The notes: a model not told the origin generated them from the sequence alone. DNA of 41,138 nucleotides from Chloroflexota bacterium (GCA_022561095.1 JADFRV010000002.1:1-41138), one strand, 5' to 3'; shown: positions 27,521 to 36,215, counted from the first letter of the stretch. Made by a program: numbers and translations.

Positions 27521-28553
27521 GGGGGCCTTCCTCTTCTTCGACGGAAGGTTGCGACTGGAACAGCTCCTCGAGCCGCCGCCGGCCCCGCTCCAGCCGCACC
27601 AACCCGAGCCCGAGGTCAACGACACTGTCCCTGATAAGGTCGAGCAGGGCGTCGTCTTCCTTCTGCACGAGGAGGAAGCGGCCACTCCTGCTCACCGCTA
27701 CGCCCTGCTCCCGCAGGCGATCGGCGAGCCGGTCGCCGTCACCGTCAACCTCGACGGTGAGGACACGGGTGGGCGCAGTGAGTACCGTCATGGGCACGGA
27801 TCGGACGAGGCGCCCGTCTTCTATCTCGACGAGGTGGTCGCAGACACGCTCGATCTCGCTGAGGAGGTGAGACGAGAGGATCATGGCGATCCCGAACTCG
27901 GTACCGATGCGGCGGATAAGGCGCAGCATCTCGTCGCGGCCTTCGGGGTCGAGTCCGTTGGTCGGTTCGTCGAGGAGCATCAGCCGGGGGTCGTGGACTA
28001 GCGCCTGCGCGAGCTTGACGCGCTGCTTCATGCCAGTGGAGTAACCGCGCATCTCGCGATACCGTTCCTCGAAAAGACCGACATGGCGAAGGGTCTCAGC
28101 GGTCCTCTCGCGGGCGGCGGCGCGTGGGAGGCCGCTGATCTGCGCCATATGGGCGACGAACTCGGTGGCGGTCACGTCTGTCGGTAGGCATTCGTGCTCC
28201 GGCATGTAGCCGACGAACTGACGTAGCTCCGGACCCTGGCGAAAGACGTCGAGCCCCATGACTTCGCCGGAGCCGCTGGTGGGTTCCAGCAGACCGAGGA
28301 GAAGCTTAATGAGGGTGCTCTTGCCGGCGCCGTTGGCGCCCACGAGGCCGATGATGCCGGGCTCCAGTTCAAGGTCCAGCGCGTCGAGGGCGGTGACTCT
28401 CGCGTAGCGCTTTGTCAGGCCGATCGTGCGAATTATCGTCAAGTCAGGGGTCCGTTCTGTGTCTCGCGGTTGGGCGTTCGGTTCCCAATAGCGGCGCTCC
28501 AATTGTAGACGGGTGGCCACTGGCTTGTCATTGCGTCCGGTGTGCCGACGCAA
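27513..28553 (-). CDS. ABC transporter ATP-binding protein (first ATPase)
   Basis: Motifs are Walker A GANGAGKST, signature YSTGMKQR and Walker B LMLLDEPTNGLD. The N-terminal ~35 aa of the longest ORF are uncertain. Confidence 0.85.
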   Translation of the reverse strand: MRRHTGRNDKPVATRLQLERRYWEPNAQPRDTERTPDLTIIRTIGLTKRYARVTALDALDLELEPGIIGLVGANGAGKSTLIKLLLGLLEPTSGSGEVMGLDVFRQGPELRQFVGYMPEHECLPTDVTATEFVAHMAQISGLPRAAARERTAETLRHVGLFEERYREMRGYSTGMKQRVKLAQALVHDPRLMLLDEPTNGLDPEGRDEMLRLIRRIGTEFGIAMILSSHLLSEIERVCDHLVEIEDGRLVRSVPMTVLTAPTRVLTVEVDGDGDRLADRLREQGVAVSRSGRFLLVQKEDDALLDLIRDSVVDLGLGLVRLERGRRRLEELFQSQPSVEEEEGPRG

Positions 28554-28650
28554 CCTGAGTCGTCTATCCAGCGCCTGAGAGAGGACACACGTAGTGTCCG
28601 CAGAGGGCCAGCGGCGCAGGTGCGATTGCCGCTAGATTCGGCCCGCCGCG

Positions 28651-28679
28651 ATTGTGCGCCTGGGCTGGGCGGGTGTCAA
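28651..28679 (-). promoter_or_regulatory. putative promoter of the ABC operon: TTGACA-N17-CACAAT (minus strand)
   Basis: The minus strand reads cccgTTGACAcccgcccagcccaggcgCACAATcg. A 6-bp hairpin (ggacac-tacgt-gtgtcc) lies in the ~90-nt leader. Confidence 0.45.
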
Positions 28680-28767
28680 CGGGCGTATAGCATCTGGAAA
28701 GTACGCTCCGTATGCGGCACGAGTTTAGATATATCGGCGCTCACCGACTCCCGCTCACTCGTGCACT

Positions 28768-29295
28768 TCATTGGACGATCAGCGTCCCTTCCATCCCGGC
28801 CTCGCGGTGGCCAGGGACAGAGCAGTAGAACTCGTACTCGCCGGGCTCGTCAACCTTCATGTGCACGACACCGGAGGCCGGCTCGGTAAGTGCGAAGTGG
28901 ACGTCAGCGTCCCTTTCTGGCTCCTGGTGCTGGTGCTGGCCGGTTCCGCCGAGGTATGAGATGTGCACGTCCGCATCGATCTTGTCGATTGTGAAGTCGT
29001 GCAGGGCCGGATCAGCGTTCTGAATCGCGATCTCGAGCACCTCTCCGGTCCCCACCTCTATGACGCTAGGCGTGTACGCGAAGCTCGTCATCTCGATGAG
29101 GGTCAGCGCCTCCTTCGGAGCGGCCTCCAGGTACGCGTTGGGCTCTTCGACACCGTCCGCATCCGTGTGCTCCTCCCCGGTCGGAGTCTCTCCCGCTTCG
29201 TTGCCGTCCCCGTTGCAGGCGGCGAAGGCCAGCATGGCCACCACCAGCAGCATTGCCAGAAACGCTGGCATCCAGCGTGCTCCTCTACTCAGCAT
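28768..29295 (-). CDS. lipoprotein blue-copper (cupredoxin) protein, auracyanin-like
   Basis: 175 aa. It has a signal peptide ending in the lipobox-like LAFAAC. The type-1 Cu ligands are H in ALHDF and C..PGH....M in FYCSVPGHREAGMEGTLIV, as in auracyanin/plastocyanin-type proteins. Confidence 0.8.
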   Translation of the reverse strand: MLSRGARWMPAFLAMLLVVAMLAFAACNGDGNEAGETPTGEEHTDADGVEEPNAYLEAAPKEALTLIEMTSFAYTPSVIEVGTGEVLEIAIQNADPALHDFTIDKIDADVHISYLGGTGQHQHQEPERDADVHFALTEPASGVVHMKVDEPGEYEFYCSVPGHREAGMEGTLIVQ

Positions 29296-29402
29296 CAGAT
29301 ACCTCCTGTCGCTAAACTCCGAAGGTGTCGTTTTCCGTACCCAGGTCTAGGCGCCCCGCCTAGCGAACAGCCGCACCGCCAAGTTCAGGGGCGCGACGCA
29401 CA

Positions 29403-30743
29403 TCAGATTCTTTGGACCGCTGGAGGAGTCCACGTGCCGTCCCAAGCAGCCGGCTCCGGCATGTAGATGCGCAAAACAAGGTAAAAGGGGCCGCCAGGCG
29501 CTGGCAGCCAGTTCGCCTGCTCCTCTGGCGAATCGGGCCGATCGTGTTGGATGGTAATAGTCAGTGATCCGTCATCACCGCGCACTAGTCCCTGTGTGGT
29601 GGAGTTGATCAGGTATCGACTGATCGGGTTTTCGACCAGGTAGCCTGCTGTGCCGTCGTAGGTTGTATCGTACATCGTGACTGACCAGAAGGCTTTCGCT
29701 GGTGGTGCGGTCGCGAGTGTGAGCCGGTATCTGTTCTCGCCATGCAGGGGCTTCCCGTCGGCGTCCTCGCGGCTAATTGGATAGAACGCTTCGATCTTGT
29801 CATTGCCGCCCCAGCCAGCCATCGCACCCGCAGCTCGAAGCAGGTAGTCACCGTTGAAGAAGGATCTGTCTCCAAACGCCTCGGTCAGCTGCCAACCGTT
29901 TACCTTCTCCGAGAGGCTTTCTGCTGCCGCGCTGATCTTGGCTCTCGCACTGTCTACCCCTGCCCGCAATGCCGTACGTACTTCGTTACTCAGAGAGGCT
30001 GCATCGAATTGCACGCCCGCACCAATACCAGCGCGTGCAAATCGTGCCATGAGCTCGACTTCGGATGGATGCGTCGGCTGGCAAAGCTCGAGGAGACGGT
30101 TCACGTAGCCAATGAAACGCTCGTCGCGTGATGCAGTGTCATCCCACACCGGCCAGTCAAATGGAGGCGCCGGCGCGGCATCCTTACCCTGGTACGCGGA
30201 CAGGGCGTGCAGTCGGTACCAGTTCATGACGGCGCTTAGGGCGTCGAGGTCGTCTGGCCCCAAGAGCTGCGTGCGCCCGATGATGAACACCAGGTCTGTC
30301 TCGAAACGCAACACACTTGAGAAGCCGCCTGGGATCTCGCCCTGGTACCGTGGGCCCACAAGGAGGTAGGAGCCTGCGGCCGTTCCCGTGGCGCGAGTGC
30401 CCACGTAGTACGGGTTGGTGCCGAACAAGTCCTCGAACTGCATCACGTAGTATCGATCGGTGACTTCAGGGACCTCGAGTACCAGCGGCTCGGCCCGCAG
30501 GTCGAGACCGGCCATGGAGTATGGCGTGTCGGCATTAGGACTGATTACCTCGCGGAACGTGTGGTCGAGGGTCTGCGGGTCGCTATGGAGCTGGTTGAGA
30601 GGGCCTCGATACGACGGCGCCCCCGCAGCAATGAACATTCCGAACGCGGCCCGGTATCCCATTAGCATCGGGAAGGAGAAGACATACGCCTCTTCGGCGA
30701 TAGCTTGGACGTCATTCATAGACAGCGCCTCATCGGTCCTCAT
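29403..30743 (-). CDS. DUF1254 + DUF1214 two-domain protein
   Basis: 446 aa. The N-terminal AEEAYVFSFPMLMGY... and the C-terminal FWSVTMYD...PAPGGPFYLVLRIY segments match my memory of this family. GGAGG lies 6 nt upstream of the ATG. Confidence 0.7.
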   Translation of the reverse strand: MRTDEALSMNDVQAIAEEAYVFSFPMLMGYRAAFGMFIAAGAPSYRGPLNQLHSDPQTLDHTFREVISPNADTPYSMAGLDLRAEPLVLEVPEVTDRYYVMQFEDLFGTNPYYVGTRATGTAAGSYLLVGPRYQGEIPGGFSSVLRFETDLVFIIGRTQLLGPDDLDALSAVMNWYRLHALSAYQGKDAAPAPPFDWPVWDDTASRDERFIGYVNRLLELCQPTHPSEVELMARFARAGIGAGVQFDAASLSNEVRTALRAGVDSARAKISAAAESLSEKVNGWQLTEAFGDRSFFNGDYLLRAAGAMAGWGGNDKIEAFYPISREDADGKPLHGENRYRLTLATAPPAKAFWSVTMYDTTYDGTAGYLVENPISRYLINSTTQGLVRGDDGSLTITIQHDRPDSPEEQANWLPAPGGPFYLVLRIYMPEPAAWDGTWTPPAVQRI

Positions 30744-30890
30744 TCTCAGCCTCCTATTTCAACGTGGCGTAAGCGGCGGCGCGCATCTCCTGCCAATAGG
30801 TCTCCGCCCAGTCATTTGCTCGAATGCGACCACCAGCCTTTGAAGTAGACGGTCGCGCCTGTCATCCGCGCGGTATAGACGTGATGGAGC

Positions 30891-30927
30891 AAGCGTGCCC
30901 ACCAGATCCGAGCCACTGGGCACGCTT
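30891..30927 (-). terminator. 11-bp stem hairpin (aagcgtgccca/tgggcacgctt) downstream of the DUF1269 gene
   Basis: The stem is perfect with a 15-nt loop and no clear U-tract. A second 6-bp hairpin at 30939-30954 overlaps the stop codon. Confidence 0.35.
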
Positions 30928-30953
30928 GACCTTGGATCAGCCTGCGGTCAGGC

Positions 30954-31445
30954 TTACCTGTCCGCCAGCTGCGTGGCGATATCCTTGCCGATCTCCAGAG
31001 TCATGACGTCGCGTGCATCTTCTTTTAGCGCTGCTTCGACATCACGCACCCAGATGTGGTCGACGACGGCGACAAGAGCGGAAGTGCCGGGCTGCAGCCT
31101 GTCGCCCCACTGCTCGAGGCGGCTGTTGTCGAAGCCGCCGTCCTTGAGCTTGGCGACGAGGCCGCCGATGGCCGCCCCACCGAGCGCCACCCACCCGACT
31201 GGCCCCGCGATCACGCCGACAACGGCGCCGGTAACGCCGCCGAGGACAGCGCCGCGCGTGCCGGTCATGTCCTTCACGTCCCGGATGTGCAGCTTCGAGT
31301 CATGGTCCTTCCGCAGGATGGCGGCGTTCTCGATCTTTATGGACTTCTCCTTCTCCAGCTGCTTGAGGTCGTCGAAAGCCTCTTTCGCGGAGTCCATCCC
31401 GTCGAAAGCCGCTACTATCACCTGAGTTGGTACGTCGTTCGTCAT
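30954..31445 (-). CDS. DUF1269-family membrane protein (glycine-zipper TM between two soluble modules)
   Basis: It starts at the ATG at 31445 (MTNDVPTQVIVAAFDG...), with AGGAG 7 nt upstream. A G-rich TM segment GAVLGGVTGAVVGVIAGPVGWVALGGAAIGG is followed by LQPGTSALVAVV. Confidence 0.8.
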   Translation of the reverse strand: MTNDVPTQVIVAAFDGMDSAKEAFDDLKQLEKEKSIKIENAAILRKDHDSKLHIRDVKDMTGTRGAVLGGVTGAVVGVIAGPVGWVALGGAAIGGLVAKLKDGGFDNSRLEQWGDRLQPGTSALVAVVDHIWVRDVEAALKEDARDVMTLEIGKDIATQLADR

Positions 31446-31531
31446 TTCCGGGCTCCTTCCCATTCTGAACTGGATAGTTGTCTTCCGCTCATTTGAAGCC
31501 TACGAGGATAGCTCCCGCGTTGGACATGCTA

Positions 31532-31563
31532 GGAATAGTGATCTTTGTACCTAATCTTAGGTA
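31532..31563 (-). promoter_or_regulatory. stress-cluster promoter-like module, copy D: TACCTAAGA-N17-TATTCC
   Basis: The minus strand reads cTACCTAAGAttaggtacaaagatcacTATTCCtagcATGtcc. It lies 86 nt upstream of the DUF1269 start and contains the palindrome TACCTA-agat-TAGGTA. Confidence 0.5.
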
Positions 31564-31619
31564 GCCGTCCAGCGCTACGAAAATCGCGATGAGGGAACCG
31601 ATCGTGAGGGTAGTCCCTC

Positions 31620-32018
31620 TCAGGGCAACTCTTCGAACTCTTCGAGGTTCTCAGCGATTATCCGGATGATACCCAAGTTCAGCGCCAAGACGACGATAGC
31701 CCATAGCGGCGCAACGAAGATGATGAAGATTGTAAACGTCGCGCTGACAAACGCTCCGAAAAGCGCGATGATGGCACCGATCGGGCTGCGCGAGAAGAGA
31801 AGGATCCCCGTGATCAGCTGAACGACGCCAACTGTCAGCCAGAGCCAGCCCCAGGTCTCGATATCGATGCCGTAGAGCACTACGCTCAACTGGCCGGTGA
31901 CGGAATCGCTCTCCGCGATGGCGCCAGCCCCGCTCAGCGTGTTGTACAAGCCGGCGATCGCCACCAATACGGCGGCGAACGTGACCCAGCCTGAATGTCT
32001 GCTAGTGGAGTTGGCCAT
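31620..32018 (-). CDS. four-TM membrane protein, DUF7144/HdeD-like
   Basis: It starts at the ATG at 32018 (MANSTSRHSGWVTFAAVL...ETWGWLWLTVGVVQLITGILLF...), with GGAGGTG 6 nt upstream. The longest ORF, to 32270, has no support. Confidence 0.6.
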   Translation of the reverse strand: MANSTSRHSGWVTFAAVLVAIAGLYNTLSGAGAIAESDSVTGQLSVVLYGIDIETWGWLWLTVGVVQLITGILLFSRSPIGAIIALFGAFVSATFTIFIIFVAPLWAIVVLALNLGIIRIIAENLEEFEELP

Positions 32019-32096
32019 TCTCTGCACCTCCAATCTCTGCAGTGTGTCCAAGACGCCGTTTAGTATGTGCGCAGGGGAAGAGCTAGGGCATGGCTG

Positions 32097-32128
32097 ATGC
32101 TCGGTATATTGGTACCTACTTCTCGTTA
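32097..32128 (-). promoter_or_regulatory. stress-cluster promoter-like module, copy F (most divergent): TAACGAGAA-N17-GAGCAT
   Basis: The minus strand reads cTAACGAGAAgtaggtaccaatataccGAGCATcagccATGccc. It lies 78 nt upstream of the ATG at 32018. Confidence 0.4.
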
Positions 32129-32484
32129 GCGAGGGCCTGATGAAGCGAGATCGCGTGAGAACGGCGTCGGCTGGCTGGGTGAGGCGCATAGTTGAAGCTC
32201 GATCGTGAAGGCACATCACGAATGTGCAGGCCTTCTCGGTCATCGCCTCAGGGGTGCCGGTCATCCACATTCCTAGCGTAACCGCTAGCGATGTCTTTGG
32301 TATGGTCGCTCACGAAGGTGATGCTGCAGGTAGCCAAAGGGCTCGTGGCCTGCGCCTGGATATTCCATAACACGGAAGCATAATCGTCCTGAAGAAGGTG
32401 CAGCGCCACAAGGCCGACTTCAAGTGATCCGAGAGAACCAAACAACTCAAGGGAGTCCGCCGCCGACATCCAGATCGAGGTGAG

Positions 32485-32769
32485 CTAGTACGGTGCGATC
32501 TGTCGGCGTCCGCCGTAGCCGCCGCCGAAAAAGGAAACAAGGTCTGCAATGACGGCGAACGCCAGCCACACGACGTCGAATCCAGACAGATGACCCCTGG
32601 GCGCGACCATCACAAAAATCAACGTCGTCCAAGGCAAGAACAGGGATCCAAGGAGGGGCCAGATAAACGTGTCGAACGCGGCGTCCCAGCGATTGGGGTT
32701 GATCAACCACCAAAAGAAGATCGCGGATCGCGGACCGGCCAGAAGCATAATGGCTAAAAGACAGCCCAT
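32485..32769 (-). CDS. small hypothetical membrane protein (94 aa, ~3 TM, GGGYGGR tail)
   Basis: AGGAGG lies 6 nt upstream of the ATG. Its hydrophobic helices are rich in W and F. Confidence 0.55.
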   Translation of the reverse strand: MGCLLAIMLLAGPRSAIFFWWLINPNRWDAAFDTFIWPLLGSLFLPWTTLIFVMVAPRGHLSGFDVVWLAFAVIADLVSFFGGGYGGRRQIAPY

Positions 32770-32879
32770 TTACAGCCTCCTATGCGGCCTACTCTTCGGA
32801 TGGGAGCGGGAAGTGGTCATTCCGGCCCCCAAGTTCATTTCTTTCATTTTCACGCGCGAGGGAGGTGGGCACATGGCAA

Positions 32880-32911
32880 AGACTGAGTACATTCGTAACG
32901 ATTGCTAGGTA
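32880..32911 (-). promoter_or_regulatory. stress-cluster promoter-like module, copy E: TACCTAGCA-N17-CAGTCT
   Basis: The minus strand reads cTACCTAGCAatcgttacgaatgtactCAGTCTttgccATGtgcc. It lies 110 nt upstream of the ATG at 32769. Confidence 0.5.
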
Positions 32912-33370
32912 GCGCCTCCCTGCGTTGAAGAGGTAAGTTTATGAGGCAGCGTCCCTTCGTGCCCGCGCCTATCGTTAAATTTGGCGATGGCTTGGCTTCA
33001 CGGAGGATCGGCGCCAGGGGCTGAGGCCCTCAATGAGCATCGCCCGAGCAGGCGCTCCCTCAGCCCTCCCGACCTTCATAGGCGCGGCGACGAGAAAGTA
33101 TCGGCCGCCGGCATCCGTGGTGGGTTCCCGCTGCTGCTGGCTCTCGGCGGGCTCGCGCTTGCCCCGGCGATTGTGGGCCGTTGCCGAGCTGGCCTGGTCG
33201 CCGGCACGCTGTAGTAGCTATAACGGCGGGCCGCTGGTATGCCAGGAGGAGCTGGCTGCGGTAGGGGACGCGACCGTGCGCCTGGGCTGGGCGGCAGCCT
33301 CTCGCTCCCCCGCGCTCAGTTCGCGCGCTGTAGGTGTCCAGTCGGCGCCGCGGGGGACGGCAGAAATCCC

Positions 33371-33402
33371 TACTGAGAAATCGTTACGGGAATACCTAGT
33401 CT
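33371..33402 (+). promoter_or_regulatory. stress-cluster promoter-like module, copy A: TACTGAGAA-N17-TAGTCT
   Basis: Sequence TACTGAGAAatcgttacgggaataccTAGTCTctgccGTGtgcc. It lies 155 nt upstream of the DUF1269 paralog start. Confidence 0.5.
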
Positions 33403-33557
33403 CTGCCGTGTGCCAGGCTCCTACGGCACGCGACAATCTGTTGTGTTGGTAGTGTTCATGGGGCTTGGGCAGGCGCGACAGCGTATGCTGGCGGCCTCGC
33501 ACCCGTCATGAATAAGCACGTTCACAAGATCGAATTTACCCGGAAAGGAGCATCGTC

Positions 33558-34085
33558 ATGGGAAAGCAGCTTGAGCTAATGGCCTCTGTGTATATGGATG
33601 AGGAGGGCGCCAAGACGATCCTCGACGCGCTCCAGAGGATGCATCGCGCCTCCAACATCACACTGGCCGACGCGGCGATGGTGACGAAGGACGCTGACGG
33701 TAAGCTGCACATCAAGGAGACGCGGGAAGTCACCGCAGGCAAGGGCGCCCGGCGCGGCGCCCTGATCACCGGCGTCCTGGGCCTGATCTACCCGCCTAGC
33801 CTGATCGCTTCGGTGCTCGCCGGCGGGCTGATTGGCGGTGCCTGGGGAAGGCTGCGTGACACCGGCATTAAGACTGGAGCGATGAAGGATCTCGGCAGCA
33901 GCCTGGAGCCCGGGAACGCCGCCGTGGTAGCGCTGGCCGAGCCGCAGTTTGTGGAGCTGATCGTGCAGACAATGGAGGCCTACCCGGGAAAATTCCTCCG
34001 ACACGGTTTCAGCGCGGAAGAAGCCGCGCAGATCGAGGACGCAGCCGCAACCGGCGACGCCAGCCGAGGAGCCGATGAAGCCTGA
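33558..34085 (+). CDS. DUF1269-family membrane protein, second paralog
   Basis: 175 aa with the same architecture as 30954-31445: LMASVYMDEEGAKT..., KDADGKLHIKE, the G-rich TM segment GALITGVLGLIYPP..LAGGLIGGAWG and LEPGNAAVVALA. AAAGGAG lies upstream. Confidence 0.75.
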   Translation: MGKQLELMASVYMDEEGAKTILDALQRMHRASNITLADAAMVTKDADGKLHIKETREVTAGKGARRGALITGVLGLIYPPSLIASVLAGGLIGGAWGRLRDTGIKTGAMKDLGSSLEPGNAAVVALAEPQFVELIVQTMEAYPGKFLRHGFSAEEAAQIEDAAATGDASRGADEA

Positions 34086-34202
34086 ACCGACTCCCGAGCC
34101 TGACATCCTAAGCGCTTCGATGTTTGCCGGCATCAAGGGGGTCGTGACCGTCTCTTAGACGGTCGCTAAGGATGGTCAGCCTTTCAGACCATAGGGTCGG
34201 CC

Positions 34203-35567
34203 GTGCCTGAGCGAAGCGCCGCGGAGGCCGGAGAGCGACCGAAGGTTATCGTCGTCGGAGGCGGCTTCGGCGGGCTGGAGGTCGTCCGCGGCCTTAAGCA
34301 CGCACCCGTTGACGTGATCCTGATCGACCAGCAGAACTACCATCTGTTTCAGCCGCTCCTCTATCAGGTGGCCACCGCAGAGCTCGCTCCGTCTGACGTG
34401 GCCGCGCCCCTCCGCAAGATTCTTCGAGGTCAGAAGAACGTGCAGGTTGTCTTAGCGAGAGTCATGGGTGTTGACCTCCAGGCCAAGCTTGTCAGAGGCC
34501 CTCGAGCTGAGGCCCGCTACGACTATCTCGTGCTGGCAACTGGTGCAACGCAGTCCTACTTTGGGCACCCCGAGTATCAGGAGTTCGCGCCCGGCCTAAA
34601 GACACTAGACGACGCGATCGAAATTCGCAGGCGCGTATTGCTGGCCTTCGAGGAAGCGGAGTGGGAGGCGGACGACGCGTCTCGCCGGGCCAAGTTGACG
34701 TTCATTGTGGTAGGGGGCGGACCGACGGGCGTTGAGCTTGCCGGCGCGATCATGGAGACGGCTTCGCGCTCGATTCCGAAGGACTTCCGATTCGTCGATA
34801 CCAGCACTGCCCGCGTGATCCTAGTGCAGGGGTCGGGACGGCTGCTCAAGGCCATGCCAGAGGCGCTGGGCGAGCTAGCGCGGCGCGATCTGGAAAAGAT
34901 GGGGGTTGAGGTATGGCTCAATACGCGCGTGACTTCAGCTGGCGCTGATGGAGTCGTCATTGGCGAGCGCCGTGTGCCCGCGGAGAACGTCTTGTGGGCG
35001 GCAGGCGTACACGGCCAGCCGGTCGCCCGCGCGCTTGGAGTCGAGCTCGATCGTGCCGGTCGCGTGATCGTGGGATGCGACATGTCGATTCCCGGCCACC
35101 CAGAGGCGTTTGTCATCGGCGATGCGGCACACGCCATCGACTCCAGGACCGGCGAACCCGTTCCGGGCGTCGCCCAGGGCGCGATTCAGACCGGCAGGTT
35201 CGTCGCGGAGATCATCCGGCGAGACCTCCAGGGCGTCAAGCCCCAGGACAGGCCGGCGTTCAGCTACAAGGATAAGGGCTCCATGGCCGCGATCGGCCGG
35301 GGGCGGGCCGTGGTCTCCGTCGGCAAGATTGAACTGGGTGGATTTCTGGGCTGGCTGGCCTGGGGCGGTCTGCACGTTCTGTTCCTGGTGGGATTCCAGA
35401 CCAAGATCTTCGTGTTCCTCTCATGGGTTCGGAACTATCTCTTCGCGGACCGCCGCGTACGCCTTATAACCGGGGATCCGCAGGCGTCGGTCAAGCGGCC
35501 GCGGGGCGCCACGCTCCTTGGCGAGCGACCGTCCGCTGGGGAGGATCACGGTGACTCGCCCGAATAG
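34203..35567 (+). CDS. type II NADH:quinone oxidoreductase (NDH-2), FAD/NAD(P)-binding
   Basis: 454 aa with a GTG start. VIVVGGGFGGLE, NYHLFQPLLYQVAT, a second GGGPTGVE Rossmann motif and a C-terminal membrane-anchoring helix region are typical of NDH-2. Confidence 0.9.
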   Translation: MPERSAAEAGERPKVIVVGGGFGGLEVVRGLKHAPVDVILIDQQNYHLFQPLLYQVATAELAPSDVAAPLRKILRGQKNVQVVLARVMGVDLQAKLVRGPRAEARYDYLVLATGATQSYFGHPEYQEFAPGLKTLDDAIEIRRRVLLAFEEAEWEADDASRRAKLTFIVVGGGPTGVELAGAIMETASRSIPKDFRFVDTSTARVILVQGSGRLLKAMPEALGELARRDLEKMGVEVWLNTRVTSAGADGVVIGERRVPAENVLWAAGVHGQPVARALGVELDRAGRVIVGCDMSIPGHPEAFVIGDAAHAIDSRTGEPVPGVAQGAIQTGRFVAEIIRRDLQGVKPQDRPAFSYKDKGSMAAIGRGRAVVSVGKIELGGFLGWLAWGGLHVLFLVGFQTKIFVFLSWVRNYLFADRRVRLITGDPQASVKRPRGATLLGERPSAGEDHGDSPE

Positions 35568-35572
35568 CTCGT

Positions 35573-35637
35573 GTCACCCGCTCCAAAACTAGACTGAAGC
35601 GTGCTCTGATGGTCGCGGAAGGGTGGTCATCTGCTTT
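35573..35637 (+). repeat. imperfect duplicate of the tRNA-Gly 3' end plus its downstream terminator
   Basis: GTCaCCCGCTCCAA matches 13 of 14 nt of tRNA positions 24841-24854. GATGGTCG and CATCTGCTTT then recur at identical offsets (+35 and +55). About 43 of 65 nt match overall by hand alignment. Confidence 0.55.
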
Positions 35638-35640
35638 ATT
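35608..35640 (+). terminator. weak hairpin (gatggtc...ggtcatc, with G-U pairs) + CTGCTTTATT downstream of NDH-2
   Basis: Its sequence is related to the tRNA terminator, and a T-rich tail is present. Confidence 0.35.
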
Positions 35641-35782
35641 GTGGCACGCCATCGACTCCACTCGATGCAGGGCCGTCCCCGACCCTTCCCGCCACGTACC
35701 AGCTAATTTAATTCTCGTATCTGAAGACAGCCTCTCCTAGATGACCGTCAGACAGCCGGGCAGAAGGACCTATCAAGCTGTC

Positions 35783-35814
35783 TACCTAGAAATAGGTACG
35801 AAAATCATTAGCCT
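35783..35814 (+). promoter_or_regulatory. stress-cluster promoter-like module, copy C: TACCTAGAA-N17-TAGCCT
   Basis: Sequence cTACCTAGAAataggtacgaaaatcatTAGCCTctgccATGcg. It lies 92 nt upstream of the SHOCT gene and contains the palindrome TACCTA-gaaa-TAGGTA. Confidence 0.5.
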
Positions 35815-35906
35815 CTGCCATGCGAAGACATTACGAGGGTGGCACACTCGATGGAGAGTTGGCTGCGGCATTGCCAACCCGAGGGGAGATAGGAGGACAC
35901 TAGCCG

Positions 35907-36128
35907 ATGTTCCTTGACCTCTCGACCTTCTGGTCGGTCGTGATCATATTCTTCGTTTTCGCACCGCTCCTGCTGTTACTGCTCACGCCGCTAGTTGACT
36001 TGGTCATGTGGAGCAACTTTTCTGCGGTCGTTCGAGTGGTTGAGCTCAGGAAGCTAGCCGACCTTCGCAATGAGGGGGTCATCACCGACGAGGAGTTCGC
36101 CAGGCAGAAGAAGAAGCTGCTCGGCTGA
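35907..36128 (+). CDS. membrane-anchored SHOCT-domain protein
   Basis: 73 aa. It has an N-terminal TM segment. The C-terminal LRKLADLRNEGVITDEEFARQKKKLLG fits the SHOCT motif. AGGAGG lies upstream. Confidence 0.65.
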   Translation: MFLDLSTFWSVVIIFFVFAPLLLLLLTPLVDLVMWSNFSAVVRVVELRKLADLRNEGVITDEEFARQKKKLLG

Positions 36129-36215
36129 GCGTGTCGCCGCCCCAGCGCCGGCTGGCTACGGGGATGAACCCTCATGCCCGGCTGCTGAGCAGCTGCGATG
36201 TTGGGAGGTCGACAG

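Noticed and set aside
32205-32235. Possible seventh copy of the stress module (ggcacATCACGAATGTgcagg, plus strand)
   Set aside because: Only the central ACGAATGT core matches. The TAMYKAG and TAGYCT boxes are absent, and no gene lies downstream in that orientation. It may be a decayed fragment or chance.
33033-33452. 139-aa ORF between the divergent stress promoters
   Set aside because: It has an implausible composition and no SD. It runs across promoter-like copy A, and only its last 14 codons coincide with the short GTG ORF noted under the uORF finding.
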